From: Candidatus Undinarchaeota archaeon
GTDB taxonomy: Archaea; Undinarchaeota; Undinarchaeia; Undinarchaeales; UBA543
Assembly (NCBI GenBank): GCA_964636545.1
Contig: CAZWSR010000003.1
Coordinates: 1-64,000 of the forward strand
Length of the DNA stretch: 64,000 bases
Reading direction: 5' to 3'
Under the pieces are notes generated by a model. That model was not told where the DNA came from. It was given only the letters and a program-made list of their open reading frames with translations, and ran no database searches. Position numbers and translations under genes: made by a program. This document shows positions 18,670 to 27,879 of this stretch, one piece after another (position 1 is the first letter of the stretch; each line of letters begins with the position of its first letter).

Positions 18670-19866
18670 TTATTTTTTCTTATAAGATATCTTAGAACCA
18701 TGCCTAATTCTAGAAATAGTTGGATCCATTCTCCGCACATCATTGATTATTGCAGTAATATGATAGTTTAATGTACCAGGTTTTAAACCAGAATCAGCAT
18801 AGGTAGTATGAGACCACTCCTGAAATTGATTGAGAAAAACTTCCTTTCCTGTAGAAATCTCTTCTATGAACTTCTTTTTGATACCAAGAAGTATTTTTGT
18901 GGAGGACTTAGGAAAGGTACTTATGTTTTCGAGAAAGTCATTAATTTCTTCAATGCTTATTCCTTTCTTGACAATACCTTTATATTTAAGCTTAGAAAAA
19001 GGAACATATTTACCAGTTTGCACCATTTGTCTAAACAATATAGTAACGATTAGACCTAATTGAGGAATTGGTTTTGAGTACTTTTCATTTACAAGCCTTA
19101 AAAATTCTATACGCAATACAGGACCGTCATTAAGCTTTTTAATCAAGAATGATTTTAATTTAGGAAGTGTTTTCTTGGCCTTTTTACTCAAGTATGAGAA
19201 TTGAGCTGGATTCAAAGGGAATAATTCTGCTGAGCCAATTGTAATTTGTTCATACCTGTTTTCTTTTTCAATTCTTTTAGTTGTTTCTTGAATATCTTTT
19301 TCAGCAGCTTTTGCGAATTTGTTGCTCAGTTTTTCTTCTTTTTCATTAAATTTACTAAACTCCTCATAATATTCTTTCACAAAAATCTTAGAATCTTCAG
19401 ATAATTCAAATCTGGAAGTAAAGATATCTCTGATGTTTTTGATGTCTGAGATTTTTTTCCCAACAAGATTAAGAAATCCCATTTTCAGTGCAATTCCACA
19501 AAATTTAGGAAGAGTGTCAAGGTTTTGTTTCATAGAAAGTGGTAAGGCTCTGTCAATCTCACCCCAGCGAAATGGTTTATCATAATCATAAAAATGTAGT
19601 AAACAGGTTTCAATAAAGATTATACTCTGTGTATTGAGTGTTCTGGTGCGACGTGTACGAACTTTATCCATATCTACTTTTTCTTCATTATCTTCTTCAT
19701 TGTCCCCATCATCTTTCTTTTTCATAGGCGCAACAGCTTTTTGAAGTCCATCATCTCCCTCTTTGTAGAGTTCCTGTAGTCTGTCGCGAAGCTTTCTGTG
19801 TAGTTCCCACATATCTTCTTTAATTTTATCAAGATCACTAATCATTAAGAAAACATTATAATTCAT
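18670..19866 (-). CDS. Hypothetical protein
   Basis: 398-aa Lys-rich ORF, no motif recognised; true start may be 19845. Confidence 0.65.
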   Translation of the reverse strand: MNYNVFLMISDLDKIKEDMWELHRKLRDRLQELYKEGDDGLQKAVAPMKKKDDGDNEEDNEEKVDMDKVRTRRTRTLNTQSIIFIETCLLHFYDYDKPFRWGEIDRALPLSMKQNLDTLPKFCGIALKMGFLNLVGKKISDIKNIRDIFTSRFELSEDSKIFVKEYYEEFSKFNEKEEKLSNKFAKAAEKDIQETTKRIEKENRYEQITIGSAELFPLNPAQFSYLSKKAKKTLPKLKSFLIKKLNDGPVLRIEFLRLVNEKYSKPIPQLGLIVTILFRQMVQTGKYVPFSKLKYKGIVKKGISIEEINDFLENISTFPKSSTKILLGIKKKFIEEISTGKEVFLNQFQEWSHTTYADSGLKPGTLNYHITAIINDVRRMDPTISRIRHGSKISYKKK

Positions 19867-19930
19867 AGAATATAAACTCTGCGTATTGGAGCCGAAAGTT
19901 ATTTTATACCCTGAAACTTAACATTTTACT

Positions 19931-21667
19931 ATGAGAATAGCAATTTTGAACAAGGACGACTGCCACCCTGAAAAGTGTGGTGATTACTTGTGTGAAAGAG
20001 TTTGTCCTGTTAACAGAACTGGCAAAGAATGTATTGTCAAAGGCGAAGATGGAAAGGCCTTCATAAATGTGGAACTATGTACAGGATGCGGGATTTGTAC
20101 GAAAAAGTGTCCGTTTGATGCAATTACAATTATTAATTTACCAGAGAAACTAGCAGAGAAATGTGTTCATCAATTTGGTGATGAGAACGGTTTCAAATTA
20201 TTCAGAGAAGCAATACCGATTCCAGGGCAGGTTGTTGGTTTGCTTGGGCAGAATGGAACAGGTAAAACAACTGCTTTGCAGATTATTGAAGGTGCTTTGA
20301 AAGCGAATTTGGGACAGGATCATGAAGCAACTAAGGAAGAACTGTCCAAATTCTTTGCAGGATCGGAATTACAGGGCTATTTTGCGCATATTGATAAGAA
20401 AAAGATGTCTTACAAACCGCAGTATGTTGAGCGGATTCCAAAAGAATTCAAAGGAAAAGTAAAAGCACTTCTGAAAAAAGTTGATGAAAAAGGTAATCTT
20501 GAAAAAATTGCTAAACAACTTGGTATTGACAATGTTTTAGACAGTGATATTTCAAAAATCTCTGGTGGTGAGCTTCAGAAAACTGCAATTGCTGCTTGCT
20601 TGCTAAGAGATGCAGATATTTACTTTTTTGATGAGCCATCATCTTATTTAGATATCCGCGAAAGATTGAAAATTGCTAAAATAATTCGGAAATTGGCTGA
20701 AAAGAAATTAGTTTTGGTAATTGAGCACGATTTGATTATTTTAGATTACCTTGCTGACCTCGCACATATCTTTTATGGAAAACCAGGAGCATATGGTATT
20801 GTGAGCCAGCCGAAATCAATTAAAGAAGGAATTAATTCTTATTTGGAAGGTTTTTTGAAAGAAGAAAATGTGCAGTTCAGAGAAAGACCATTGAAATTTG
20901 TTGTTAAACAAGCAAGTGAGTCACAGAAAACACACAAGATTGTTGAATTCAAAGGACTTAAGAAAAAATTCAAGAATTTTGAATTGAAAATTGATGAAGG
21001 TTGGATTCATGAAAAGGAATTGATAGGAGTTTTAGGTCCAAATGCAACTGGAAAAACTACTTTTATGAAAATGCTGGCTGGAGAATTAAAATCTGATGCT
21101 GGTGAAGTTAGTTCAAAATTAAAAATTGCTTACAAGCCGCAGTATATTAAGCCAGATGAAGATGTGATGGTACTGGTTGCGCTGAAAGGTGCTAGCCAGA
21201 AGATGATTGCTGATTTGGGACTTGATAAATTGCTGAATCGGACTCTTGGAGAATTATCTGGAGGAGAATTGCAGAGAGTTGCAATTGTGAAATGTTTGTC
21301 GCAAGATGCTGATTTGTATTTGTTAGATGAACCATCAGCTCATTTGGATGTTGAGCAGAGAGTTAATGCCGCTAATGTTATTCGGCACAGTATTGAGGAT
21401 AGGGAGAAGAGTGCGATTGTGATTGACCACGATATTATGCTGTTGGATTATCTTTCAGACCGTTTAATGGTGTTTGGTGGCGAGCCAGGCAAGAAAGGAA
21501 CTGGAAAAGGACCATTTGAAATGGGAGAGGGGATGAATTTGTTTTTGAAAGATTTGGATATTACTTTTAGACGAGAGAAAACAACTGGAAGGCCAAGAGC
21601 GAATAAGCAAGATAGTGTGAAGGATAGGGAGCAGAAGAAAAAGGGTGAGTATTACTATTTGAAATAA
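19931..21667 (+). CDS. rli: Ribosome recycling ATPase ABCE1/RLI
   Basis: N-terminal 2x[4Fe-4S] Cys motifs; two ABC domains (GQNGTGKT, SGGELQ, GPNATGKT). Confidence 0.95.
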   Translation: MRIAILNKDDCHPEKCGDYLCERVCPVNRTGKECIVKGEDGKAFINVELCTGCGICTKKCPFDAITIINLPEKLAEKCVHQFGDENGFKLFREAIPIPGQVVGLLGQNGTGKTTALQIIEGALKANLGQDHEATKEELSKFFAGSELQGYFAHIDKKKMSYKPQYVERIPKEFKGKVKALLKKVDEKGNLEKIAKQLGIDNVLDSDISKISGGELQKTAIAACLLRDADIYFFDEPSSYLDIRERLKIAKIIRKLAEKKLVLVIEHDLIILDYLADLAHIFYGKPGAYGIVSQPKSIKEGINSYLEGFLKEENVQFRERPLKFVVKQASESQKTHKIVEFKGLKKKFKNFELKIDEGWIHEKELIGVLGPNATGKTTFMKMLAGELKSDAGEVSSKLKIAYKPQYIKPDEDVMVLVALKGASQKMIADLGLDKLLNRTLGELSGGELQRVAIVKCLSQDADLYLLDEPSAHLDVEQRVNAANVIRHSIEDREKSAIVIDHDIMLLDYLSDRLMVFGGEPGKKGTGKGPFEMGEGMNLFLKDLDITFRREKTTGRPRANKQDSVKDREQKKKGEYYYLK

Positions 21668-21925
21668 CTACTTTTTTGAATATTTCCACTTCATTCCAAT
21701 TAAAATTATATTAAAACAAACACCAGCAATGTTTGCTCCAATCACAATTACATCTTTTATGTGAATACCATACAAAAGCCACAAGAACATTCCAAAGAAC
21801 AGGAGAAAATACATCCCATAGGAAATATCGCCCATTTCTTTAGATTTGAAACTTTTGATAATCTGTGGCAAAAATCCAGATAAGGTGATTAAGGCAGCTG
21901 CAAGCCCAATAACATACCAAAACAT
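21668..21925 (-). CDS. SemiSWEET / PQ-loop transporter
   Basis: 85 aa, 3 TM, FLPQ, DIS, LWLLYG, AN. Confidence 0.85.
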   Translation of the reverse strand: MFWYVIGLAAALITLSGFLPQIIKSFKSKEMGDISYGMYFLLFFGMFLWLLYGIHIKDVIVIGANIAGVCFNIILIGMKWKYSKK

Positions 21926-21926
21926 T

Positions 21927-22328
21927 TTATTCGCCCCCAGTTATTTGTGCGAGAACAGCATCGAAATCACATTCAATATCCGGGCCTAACTGAACTGCGA
22001 ATGGTTCTATAGCACCTTCATATGCTGGAATAAGATGAACATGAGTGTGTGGAACATCCACTCCCATTACAAGCAAAAACACGTACTTAGCGCTTAGTTT
22101 TTCTTTTAGGTTTTTTGCGAGCTTTTGGCTTAGGGCGAACAGTTCTTTTACTTCGTTTTCTGGCATTTCCAGAAATGTTTCGTAATGGCTTTTTGGTATT
22201 ACGAGTGCGTGGCCTTTTGCTGTTGGATTTATGTCCAGAAACGCGAGAAACTTTTCGTCCTCGTGAATTTTTTTGCTTGGTATTTCGTTTTTTACTATTT
22301 TGCAGAAGATGCAGTTTTCGTTTGTCAT
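21927..22328 (-). CDS. hit: HIT family nucleotide hydrolase
   Basis: CIFC, FLDINP, GHALVIPK, HTHVH histidine triad. Confidence 0.92.
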   Translation of the reverse strand: MTNENCIFCKIVKNEIPSKKIHEDEKFLAFLDINPTAKGHALVIPKSHYETFLEMPENEVKELFALSQKLAKNLKEKLSAKYVFLLVMGVDVPHTHVHLIPAYEGAIEPFAVQLGPDIECDFDAVLAQITGGE

Positions 22329-22767
22329 TTTTTCCTCTTTTTCCCTTTGATAAGGTTTTAGGTTTTTGGTTTTTGGTTTTTGGTTTGATTAGAAACGAAT
22401 CAAAAATTGACTCAAATGATTTTGCTTTCGGTGCCCCGGCTCCACGGCGCCCCGGCTTTACTTTTTTCGGTTTTTTCTTACTCAGCTTAGCAACTCTGTC
22501 AAACATTTTGTCCTTGGAAATAACTAACTGTTTACCTTTTTTGGTGATTTTGACAACGCCATACCATTTTAGAACTTGCGTTTCTGAAACAGCTGCGGCT
22601 GGAGAGATTTTGACTTTGTCAGGAAATTTGACACAATACTCGCGAATGTCGTCATCATAAACAACTGTAAGGGACTTACGCTTTTTTGCTCGAAAAATAG
22701 CATCCAAGATAAGAACTGTATTTTTTCCCGGCTCTCCAATTACTTTTAGAATGTTATCAGGAAGCAT
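22087..22767 (-). CDS. Hypothetical basic protein; 3' end probably frameshift-extended into hit
   Basis: GAGGTG SD and TATA upstream; overlaps hit by 242 nt; contains two repeat arrays. Confidence 0.6.
   Translation of the reverse strand: MLPDNILKVIGEPGKNTVLILDAIFRAKKRKSLTVVYDDDIREYCVKFPDKVKISPAAAVSETQVLKWYGVVKITKKGKQLVISKDKMFDRVAKLSKKKPKKVKPGRRGAGAPKAKSFESIFDSFLIKPKTKNQKPKTLSKGKRGKNDKRKLHLLQNSKKRNTKQKNSRGRKVSRVSGHKSNSKRPRTRNTKKPLRNISGNARKRSKRTVRPKPKARKKPKRKTKR
22354..22388. repeat. Heptamer array GGTTTTT x5
   Basis: ggtttta ggttttt ggttttt ggttttt ggtttga. Confidence 0.85.
22428..22459. repeat. Octamer array (reverse-complement GGGGCKCM family) in CDS
   Basis: tcggtgcc ccggctcc acggcgcc ccggcttt; encodes KPGRRGAGAP on the minus strand. 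Confidence 0.8.
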
Positions 22768-22926
22768 TAGTGCTATTCCACCTCAGAATTGGGTAATAAG
22801 TACGTGTTTAAATAGTTTTTAGAGTCCGCCTTGCCGCGGACGATGGCATGAGGGCATCGCCTTCGGCGAAGCCCTGTCTTGAAATTGGTTCGATCTGCGA
22901 TAGTTTTTTCTGAGAAACTAAAAAAG

Positions 22927-23000
22927 TGGACCCGTCGTGATTTGAACACGAGGCCTCTACCATGCCAGGGTAGCGATCTACCGGACTGATCTACGGGCCC
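22927..23000 (-). tRNA. tRNA-Ala(GGC)
   Basis: GGGCCCG acceptor; anticodon arm ctacc-ctGGCat-ggtag; GTTCAAAT T-loop; CCA not encoded; no intron. Confidence 0.95.
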
Positions 23001-23045
23001 AACTGAATTTTCAATAACAACACCACTTTATAATCGTTTTGACTC

Positions 23046-23077
23046 TACCAACTACCTACCACCCACCACCTACTACC
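23046..23077. repeat. Heptamer array (reverse-complement GGYAGTR family) overlapping the EamA stop
   Basis: taccaac tacctac cacccac cacctac tacc. Confidence 0.8.
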
Positions 23078-23984
23078 TTTTCTTAAACAAATAATGAGTC
23101 CGCTTAGAACCAGCATAATAAATTATTTTTGATAAACGGCCACGGCCATATCCACGCATGTAATGTAAGAAAGTTCCGCCAATAAGCAGAACAATAGTTC
23201 CTGCAGCAAATCTTGCAGAAAGTGTTTCTCCGAATATGAAGATAGCATAGATGAATGCAGATATTGTTGCGCCAAGAAGCAGAGTTATACTCATTGTTTC
23301 TGTTTTCAAGCGCATTATAGAATAATTAAAGCAAATATAACCAAATCCAGTAGCTCCAACACCAAGAAGAGCTAACCAGTGCCAGACAGCAGCGACATTT
23401 CCGAATCCGTAAATCATTGGAAATGGTGCTAGGAATAATGAAGCAAATAAGAATATCCAGAAAGTTCCTTTCAAAGTTTGAATCATACCCTCTCTGCGCA
23501 TATACACAACCATTATTGAGTAAAGCACAACTTCAAGGAACATTATTGTTACCCCAATTTGGGATTTGAAAGTGATTGGGTTTAGGACAAGAATTGCAAC
23601 TGCACCGAAAATAAGTGCAATTAAATCAGATGCGCGGATTCCGTCCTTGAGAATATACCCACCAAAAACCAGTATGAAGAATGGGAAAAACGCATCCATT
23701 ACATATGCTTGAGTGATTGTAAGATAGTGAAACGCTGTGTTGAATAAGGACATTGCAGCGCCGATTAAGAAACCTATTATGATGTAGTATCTGGCTTCAC
23801 CCTTAGTGATTTTGAATAGATCTCGCCTAAAGAATAAGCCAATGATTCCTAGAAAAACAGCTGCAATAAAAACACGTAAGAAATTAACAGTCATAAACGG
23901 CACAGCAGTTCCTATAAGGTTGATCCACAATCCTATGCTTCCAATGGCAAGTGCAGCTAAAACTGCAAATAGGTATTTTCCCAT
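23073..23984 (-). CDS. DMT/EamA family transporter
   Basis: 303 aa, about 10 TM, two EamA-like halves (FLRVFIA, FGETLS). Confidence 0.85.
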   Translation of the reverse strand: MGKYLFAVLAALAIGSIGLWINLIGTAVPFMTVNFLRVFIAAVFLGIIGLFFRRDLFKITKGEARYYIIIGFLIGAAMSLFNTAFHYLTITQAYVMDAFFPFFILVFGGYILKDGIRASDLIALIFGAVAILVLNPITFKSQIGVTIMFLEVVLYSIMVVYMRREGMIQTLKGTFWIFLFASLFLAPFPMIYGFGNVAAVWHWLALLGVGATGFGYICFNYSIMRLKTETMSITLLLGATISAFIYAIFIFGETLSARFAAGTIVLLIGGTFLHYMRGYGRGRLSKIIYYAGSKRTHYLFKKR

Positions 23985-24034
23985 TAAGAAGAGGATGATT
24001 TTGGGATTTAAATAATTTGTTGTAAGAGAAAAAG

Positions 24035-24112
24035 TGGTGCCCCGACCGGGATTCGAACCCAGGTCCCAGCCTTGAGAAGGCTGAATGATTGACCGGACTA
24101 CACCATCAGGGC
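24035..24112 (-). tRNA. tRNA-Glu(CTC)
   Basis: GCCCTGA acceptor; cagcc-ttCTCaa-ggctg anticodon arm; GTTCGAATC; encoded ACCA. Confidence 0.95.
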
Positions 24113-24171
24113 AACAGCTATCTAAAAATCTACTTCTGATTGTTTTTAAAGTTTGTTATAGGAATAAATAA

Positions 24172-24849
24172 TCAAACCAGTTTCTTCTGCACATATTTTG
24201 GCTTCTTTTTTGGGAACAATAATTTCTTCAATCGCTTGAAAAGTCCTGTGGACAATCGCCTATATCCGTATGTTATGAAGCTAACACCAATAAAAATTGT
24301 TATTGCCTTGCCAATTATTGTCCTTGACATTATTTTTAGAACATCAACAAGGGTAATCAAGTTCTGTTGCGACACAAGAGATGCAGTTAAAACAATTGAA
24401 GCACCAAGCAGAATATAGAGAAGTCCTTTGAATCGATCTCCTGCTTCTGCTGTTTTCTCATAAAACACAACAATGTTTTTTTGAGTTGAGTGAAAACCAT
24501 TACTTACTGACTTTCTAAGGGTCCCGATTTGTTTTGCAGTTTCCTGATCCTTGACAAAAACAGCCACTGGCCCCATGTCTTGGCTATCCACATGATCAAG
24601 AAGATCTTTTTCAAACTGCTCATCAACTTCTTCCTCAATTGCTTCACCAATTTCTTCAAGACTGTCTTCAATAAATTCCTGTTCTTCCTCAGCTGTTGCG
24701 TTTTTTGGTAATATTGGTTCTTCAGAATCAGATTTGTTTTCCTTAGGATTGGTTCTTACAGTATCTAAAATAGATTCAATATCATGATGTTCTTTCTTAG
24801 CCCTTGGCTTTTTGCTTTTAGCTTTTTTTGGTGATTTTTTGGGACTCAT
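24172..24849 (-). CDS. Hypothetical membrane protein, acidic N-terminus, two C-terminal TMs
   Basis: 225 aa; ATGA overlap with asnS. Confidence 0.7.
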   Translation of the reverse strand: MSPKKSPKKAKSKKPRAKKEHHDIESILDTVRTNPKENKSDSEEPILPKNATAEEEQEFIEDSLEEIGEAIEEEVDEQFEKDLLDHVDSQDMGPVAVFVKDQETAKQIGTLRKSVSNGFHSTQKNIVVFYEKTAEAGDRFKGLLYILLGASIVLTASLVSQQNLITLVDVLKIMSRTIIGKAITIFIGVSFITYGYRRLSTGLFKRLKKLLFPKKKPKYVQKKLV

Positions 24850-26141
24850 GGATGGGACCTATTCATTGTTCTTGGAAAAGTAACAGCTTCCTTGATATTG
24901 TCAATGCCACAAATCCATGCTATAACGCGCTCAACACCTACACCATAACCAGAATGAGGAACATTTCCATAGCGGCGAAGATCGAAATACCAATCATAAT
25001 CACCTACAGCTGCATCTTTTTTCTTTGCATCTTTTTTCATCTGCTCAATGTCAGTTGAGCGCTCAGAACCACCGACAATTTCGCGATATCCTTCAGGAGC
25101 TATCATATCAAAACAAAGCGCTACTTTCGGGTTTTTTGGATCAGGAGGTTTATAAAATGCCATAATTTCTTTTGGATAATAGGTAACAACAACAGGAATT
25201 CCGAAATGTTTGCCTAACAGTTCCTCTTCCTTAGTACGAAGATCTTTACCCCAAGGAACCTTCATTTTGTATTCTTTGTCAAGAATTTTCAAAGCTTCCG
25301 TGTAAGTTATCGTGGGATATTTTTCTTTTGCATATTTCTCAAGAAGTGGAATATCTCGCTCAAGAAGCTTCAGCTCTTCTTTGTTTTCTTTCAGAACTTT
25401 TTGAATAATAAATCTGATTTCGTCTTTTGCAACTTCTGTAACTTCGTCAAGTTTCATCCAGGCAGCTTCCATTTCAGCCATCCAGAATTCAGCAATGTGC
25501 ATTGAAGTTTTTGATGGCTCTGCTCTGAAAGTAGGAGAAACATCATAGATTTTTTCAAGTGCAAATATACCTGCCTCAGCATAAAGTTGCCAAGATTGAG
25601 AAAGGTATAAGATTTCATCAAAATATTTGACCTCAAACAGAGTCATAGCGCCCTCACACGCATTTGGTGTCAGAACAGGTGGGTCAAATTCAAAATAACC
25701 ACGACCACGGAAAAATTCATGGATAGCACCCATTACTGTATGACGAATTTTGAGTATTGCGGTTAATCGTCTGCTCCTCAGCCAGAGATGGCGGTTATCT
25801 AAAAGAAATTCTGGACTTTGATCTTTAGTAATTGGAAACCGCTCTGCTAAACCAACTATTTCAAGAGAGTCAACATCGATTTCATATCCAGTTGGAGCAC
25901 GGCCGTCTTTGCGAACTTTGCCAGAAAGCTGAATTGAACTTTCCATTGTAACTTTCTTTGCTTCTGAAAATGCTTTCTTGCTATCGGTTTTGACAATTAC
26001 CTGAATTATTTCAGAAGAATCTCGTAGCACAATAAAAACCTTGTCCTTAAGCTTCCGCTCCCGATAAACCCAGCCACGGACAGAAACTGTTTTCCCTTCT
26101 TGTTTGCTGGAAAGCGCTTGTTTTATGGGAATGAACTCCAT
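24846..26141 (-). CDS. asnS: Asparagine--tRNA ligase
   Basis: OB-fold RGWV, RHLWLR, YLSQSWQLY, FRAE..H.AEFW, GGSER, PHSGYGVGVER; start taken at MEFIP. Confidence 0.88.
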   Translation of the reverse strand: MEFIPIKQALSSKQEGKTVSVRGWVYRERKLKDKVFIVLRDSSEIIQVIVKTDSKKAFSEAKKVTMESSIQLSGKVRKDGRAPTGYEIDVDSLEIVGLAERFPITKDQSPEFLLDNRHLWLRSRRLTAILKIRHTVMGAIHEFFRGRGYFEFDPPVLTPNACEGAMTLFEVKYFDEILYLSQSWQLYAEAGIFALEKIYDVSPTFRAEPSKTSMHIAEFWMAEMEAAWMKLDEVTEVAKDEIRFIIQKVLKENKEELKLLERDIPLLEKYAKEKYPTITYTEALKILDKEYKMKVPWGKDLRTKEEELLGKHFGIPVVVTYYPKEIMAFYKPPDPKNPKVALCFDMIAPEGYREIVGGSERSTDIEQMKKDAKKKDAAVGDYDWYFDLRRYGNVPHSGYGVGVERVIAWICGIDNIKEAVTFPRTMNRSHP

Positions 26142-26338
26142 AGTATCATCTAAGTAATCCTTTTTTATAAAGGTTTGTAGCAACCAAATTTTAAGGAAAA
26201 GTATATAAACAATATTTTACTAACGTTAAATTAGAAACAACAGAAAAAGAGATCAAAGCCAGGAACAACCATGAGTTGCCGCTCATGATATTGGTTTTGA
26301 TGGGTGGTCGATGTGAATTTTAGATAATACTATTTTAG

Positions 26339-26381
26339 TTACTATCACAATTATAAAGAGATAGTAAAACTGAGTATATAA
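26339..26381 (+). promoter_or_regulatory. Inverted repeat next to the ftsZ TATA box (candidate operator)
   Basis: ttactatc-N13-gatagtaa then TATATAA at 26375-26381. Confidence 0.5.
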
Positions 26382-26441
26382 GCATTTCGGAAAAAGTTGG
26401 TTTTTCTATTTCTTAAAAAATTTGGAGGCAAAAAAACTAAA

Positions 26442-27545
26442 ATGGATTTCCTAGTGAAAAACGCAATAAGCAGAGAAGAAGAAAAGACCTCACCACTCGG
26501 TACAATGAATGCAAACATTGTTGTCGTTGGTGCAGGCGGTGCTGGTAACAACTCAATCACACGATTGATGAGCATGGGTGGAATTAAAGGTGCAAAAAGT
26601 GTGATAATGAACACAGATGCCCAGCATTTAGAAATGTCAAAAGCAGAAAAGAAGCTGTTATTGGGATATGCGCAAACAAAAGGACTTGGAGCAGGCGGAT
26701 TCCCAGAAATTGGCAGGCAAGCGGCAGAAGCAAGCAAAAACGAGATTAAGGACTGTGTAAAAGATGCAAATCTTGTTTTCTTGACATGTGGACTTGGTGG
26801 TGGAACTGGAACAGGCGCATTACCAGTTGTTGCTGAGATTGCAAAAAACTCTGGCGCAATTGTTGTAGCCACTGTCACAACTCCATTTGACCTGGAGAAA
26901 GCTCGCCTTGTAAAGGCTGAAGAAGGCCTTGTTGAATTACGCGAACATTGTGACACTGTAATCGTAGTTGACAACAACAAGTTGCTGGAATATGTGCCAG
27001 ACCTGCCCGTAGATAAAGCTTTTGGGGTTGCTGACGAGCTAATAGCCACAATGATGAAGGGAATTTCAGAAACAATCACTGTGCCTAGCTTGATGAACCT
27101 TGATTATGCAGATGTTAAGTCAATAATGACTGGTGGCGGAGTTGCAATGATCGGCGTTGGAGAAGCAGAAGGCAAAAACCGCGTTGAAGAGGCAGTGCAC
27201 GACGCTATGAACCACCCATTATTGGATGTAGATTACAGAGGCGCAAGCGGAGCATTGATCCATGTAACAGGTGGACCAGGAATGACTCTTGCTGAAGTTA
27301 CTGACGCAGGAGACGCTATTTCAGGCGCATTAGACCCAAGTGCCCAGGTGATATGGGGCGCTAGAATTGACCCACAGATGGAGGGTAAGATTCGAGTTAT
27401 GACTATCATAACTGGAGTAAAAAGTCCTAACATTATGGGAAAGAGGCTGAGTATTGGAGACACTGTACCAACAACACAAACATCTAGAATAAGTGCAAAA
27501 CAGCCACCCTTGATGAAAGAACTGTCCATCGACTATATTTCCTAA
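26442..27545 (+). CDS. ftsZ: Cell division protein FtsZ (FtsZ2-like)
   Basis: GAGGAGNN, GGGTGTG tubulin motif, NLDYAD; GGAGG SD before ATG 26442. Confidence 0.95.
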   Translation: MDFLVKNAISREEEKTSPLGTMNANIVVVGAGGAGNNSITRLMSMGGIKGAKSVIMNTDAQHLEMSKAEKKLLLGYAQTKGLGAGGFPEIGRQAAEASKNEIKDCVKDANLVFLTCGLGGGTGTGALPVVAEIAKNSGAIVVATVTTPFDLEKARLVKAEEGLVELREHCDTVIVVDNNKLLEYVPDLPVDKAFGVADELIATMMKGISETITVPSLMNLDYADVKSIMTGGGVAMIGVGEAEGKNRVEEAVHDAMNHPLLDVDYRGASGALIHVTGGPGMTLAEVTDAGDAISGALDPSAQVIWGARIDPQMEGKIRVMTIITGVKSPNIMGKRLSIGDTVPTTQTSRISAKQPPLMKELSIDYIS

Positions 27546-27581
27546 GAACCTTTCTTTGGTTCTACTCTAGGAAAGCCATTC

Positions 27582-27622
27582 AAGCAGGGTCCCACCCACT
27601 ATTTTTTAAGGGGGCCCTGCTT
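27582..27622 (+). terminator. 12-bp stem hairpin after ftsZ
   Basis: aagcagggtccc ... ggggccctgctt (one G-U). Confidence 0.5.
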
Positions 27623-27642
27623 CCCACCCCTGTCAATATTTG

Positions 27643-27672
27643 AATTGGTTAAATTGGTTAATTGGTTATTGG
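27643..27672. repeat. AATTGGTT tandem array
   Basis: aattggtt a aattggtt aattggtt attgg. Confidence 0.7.
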
Positions 27673-27831
27673 ATGGAAGTGCAGGGGACACTTCGTACTG
27701 CATGAAGCCCACTTCAGTAGTTTAAATTTGCGAAGCTGAAGGGGCTTAAACAATTCTATAGAAATTGGTTCGGTCTGCTATTTTTTGTTAAAATAGTAGT
27801 AATTATTTGCCATATAGACATTAATTAGGCC

Positions 27832-27865
27832 AAAAAAATGCTCTGAGGGTTTTAAACCCCAGAGC
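27832..27865 (-). terminator. Intrinsic-type terminator of the large surface-protein gene
   Basis: Minus strand gctctggggttt-a-aaaccctcagagc followed by a T7 run. Confidence 0.7.
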
Positions 27866-27879
27866 TATATCATTAATGC

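Noticed and set aside
22927-24112. EamA gene between two tRNAs as an integrated island
   Set aside because: No duplicated tRNA 3' end (att) and no integrase
26351-27079. Long antisense ORFs (e.g. 242 aa opposite ftsZ, 169 aa at 3324, 181 aa at 22115)
   Set aside because: Shadow frames of well-supported genes, with no motifs
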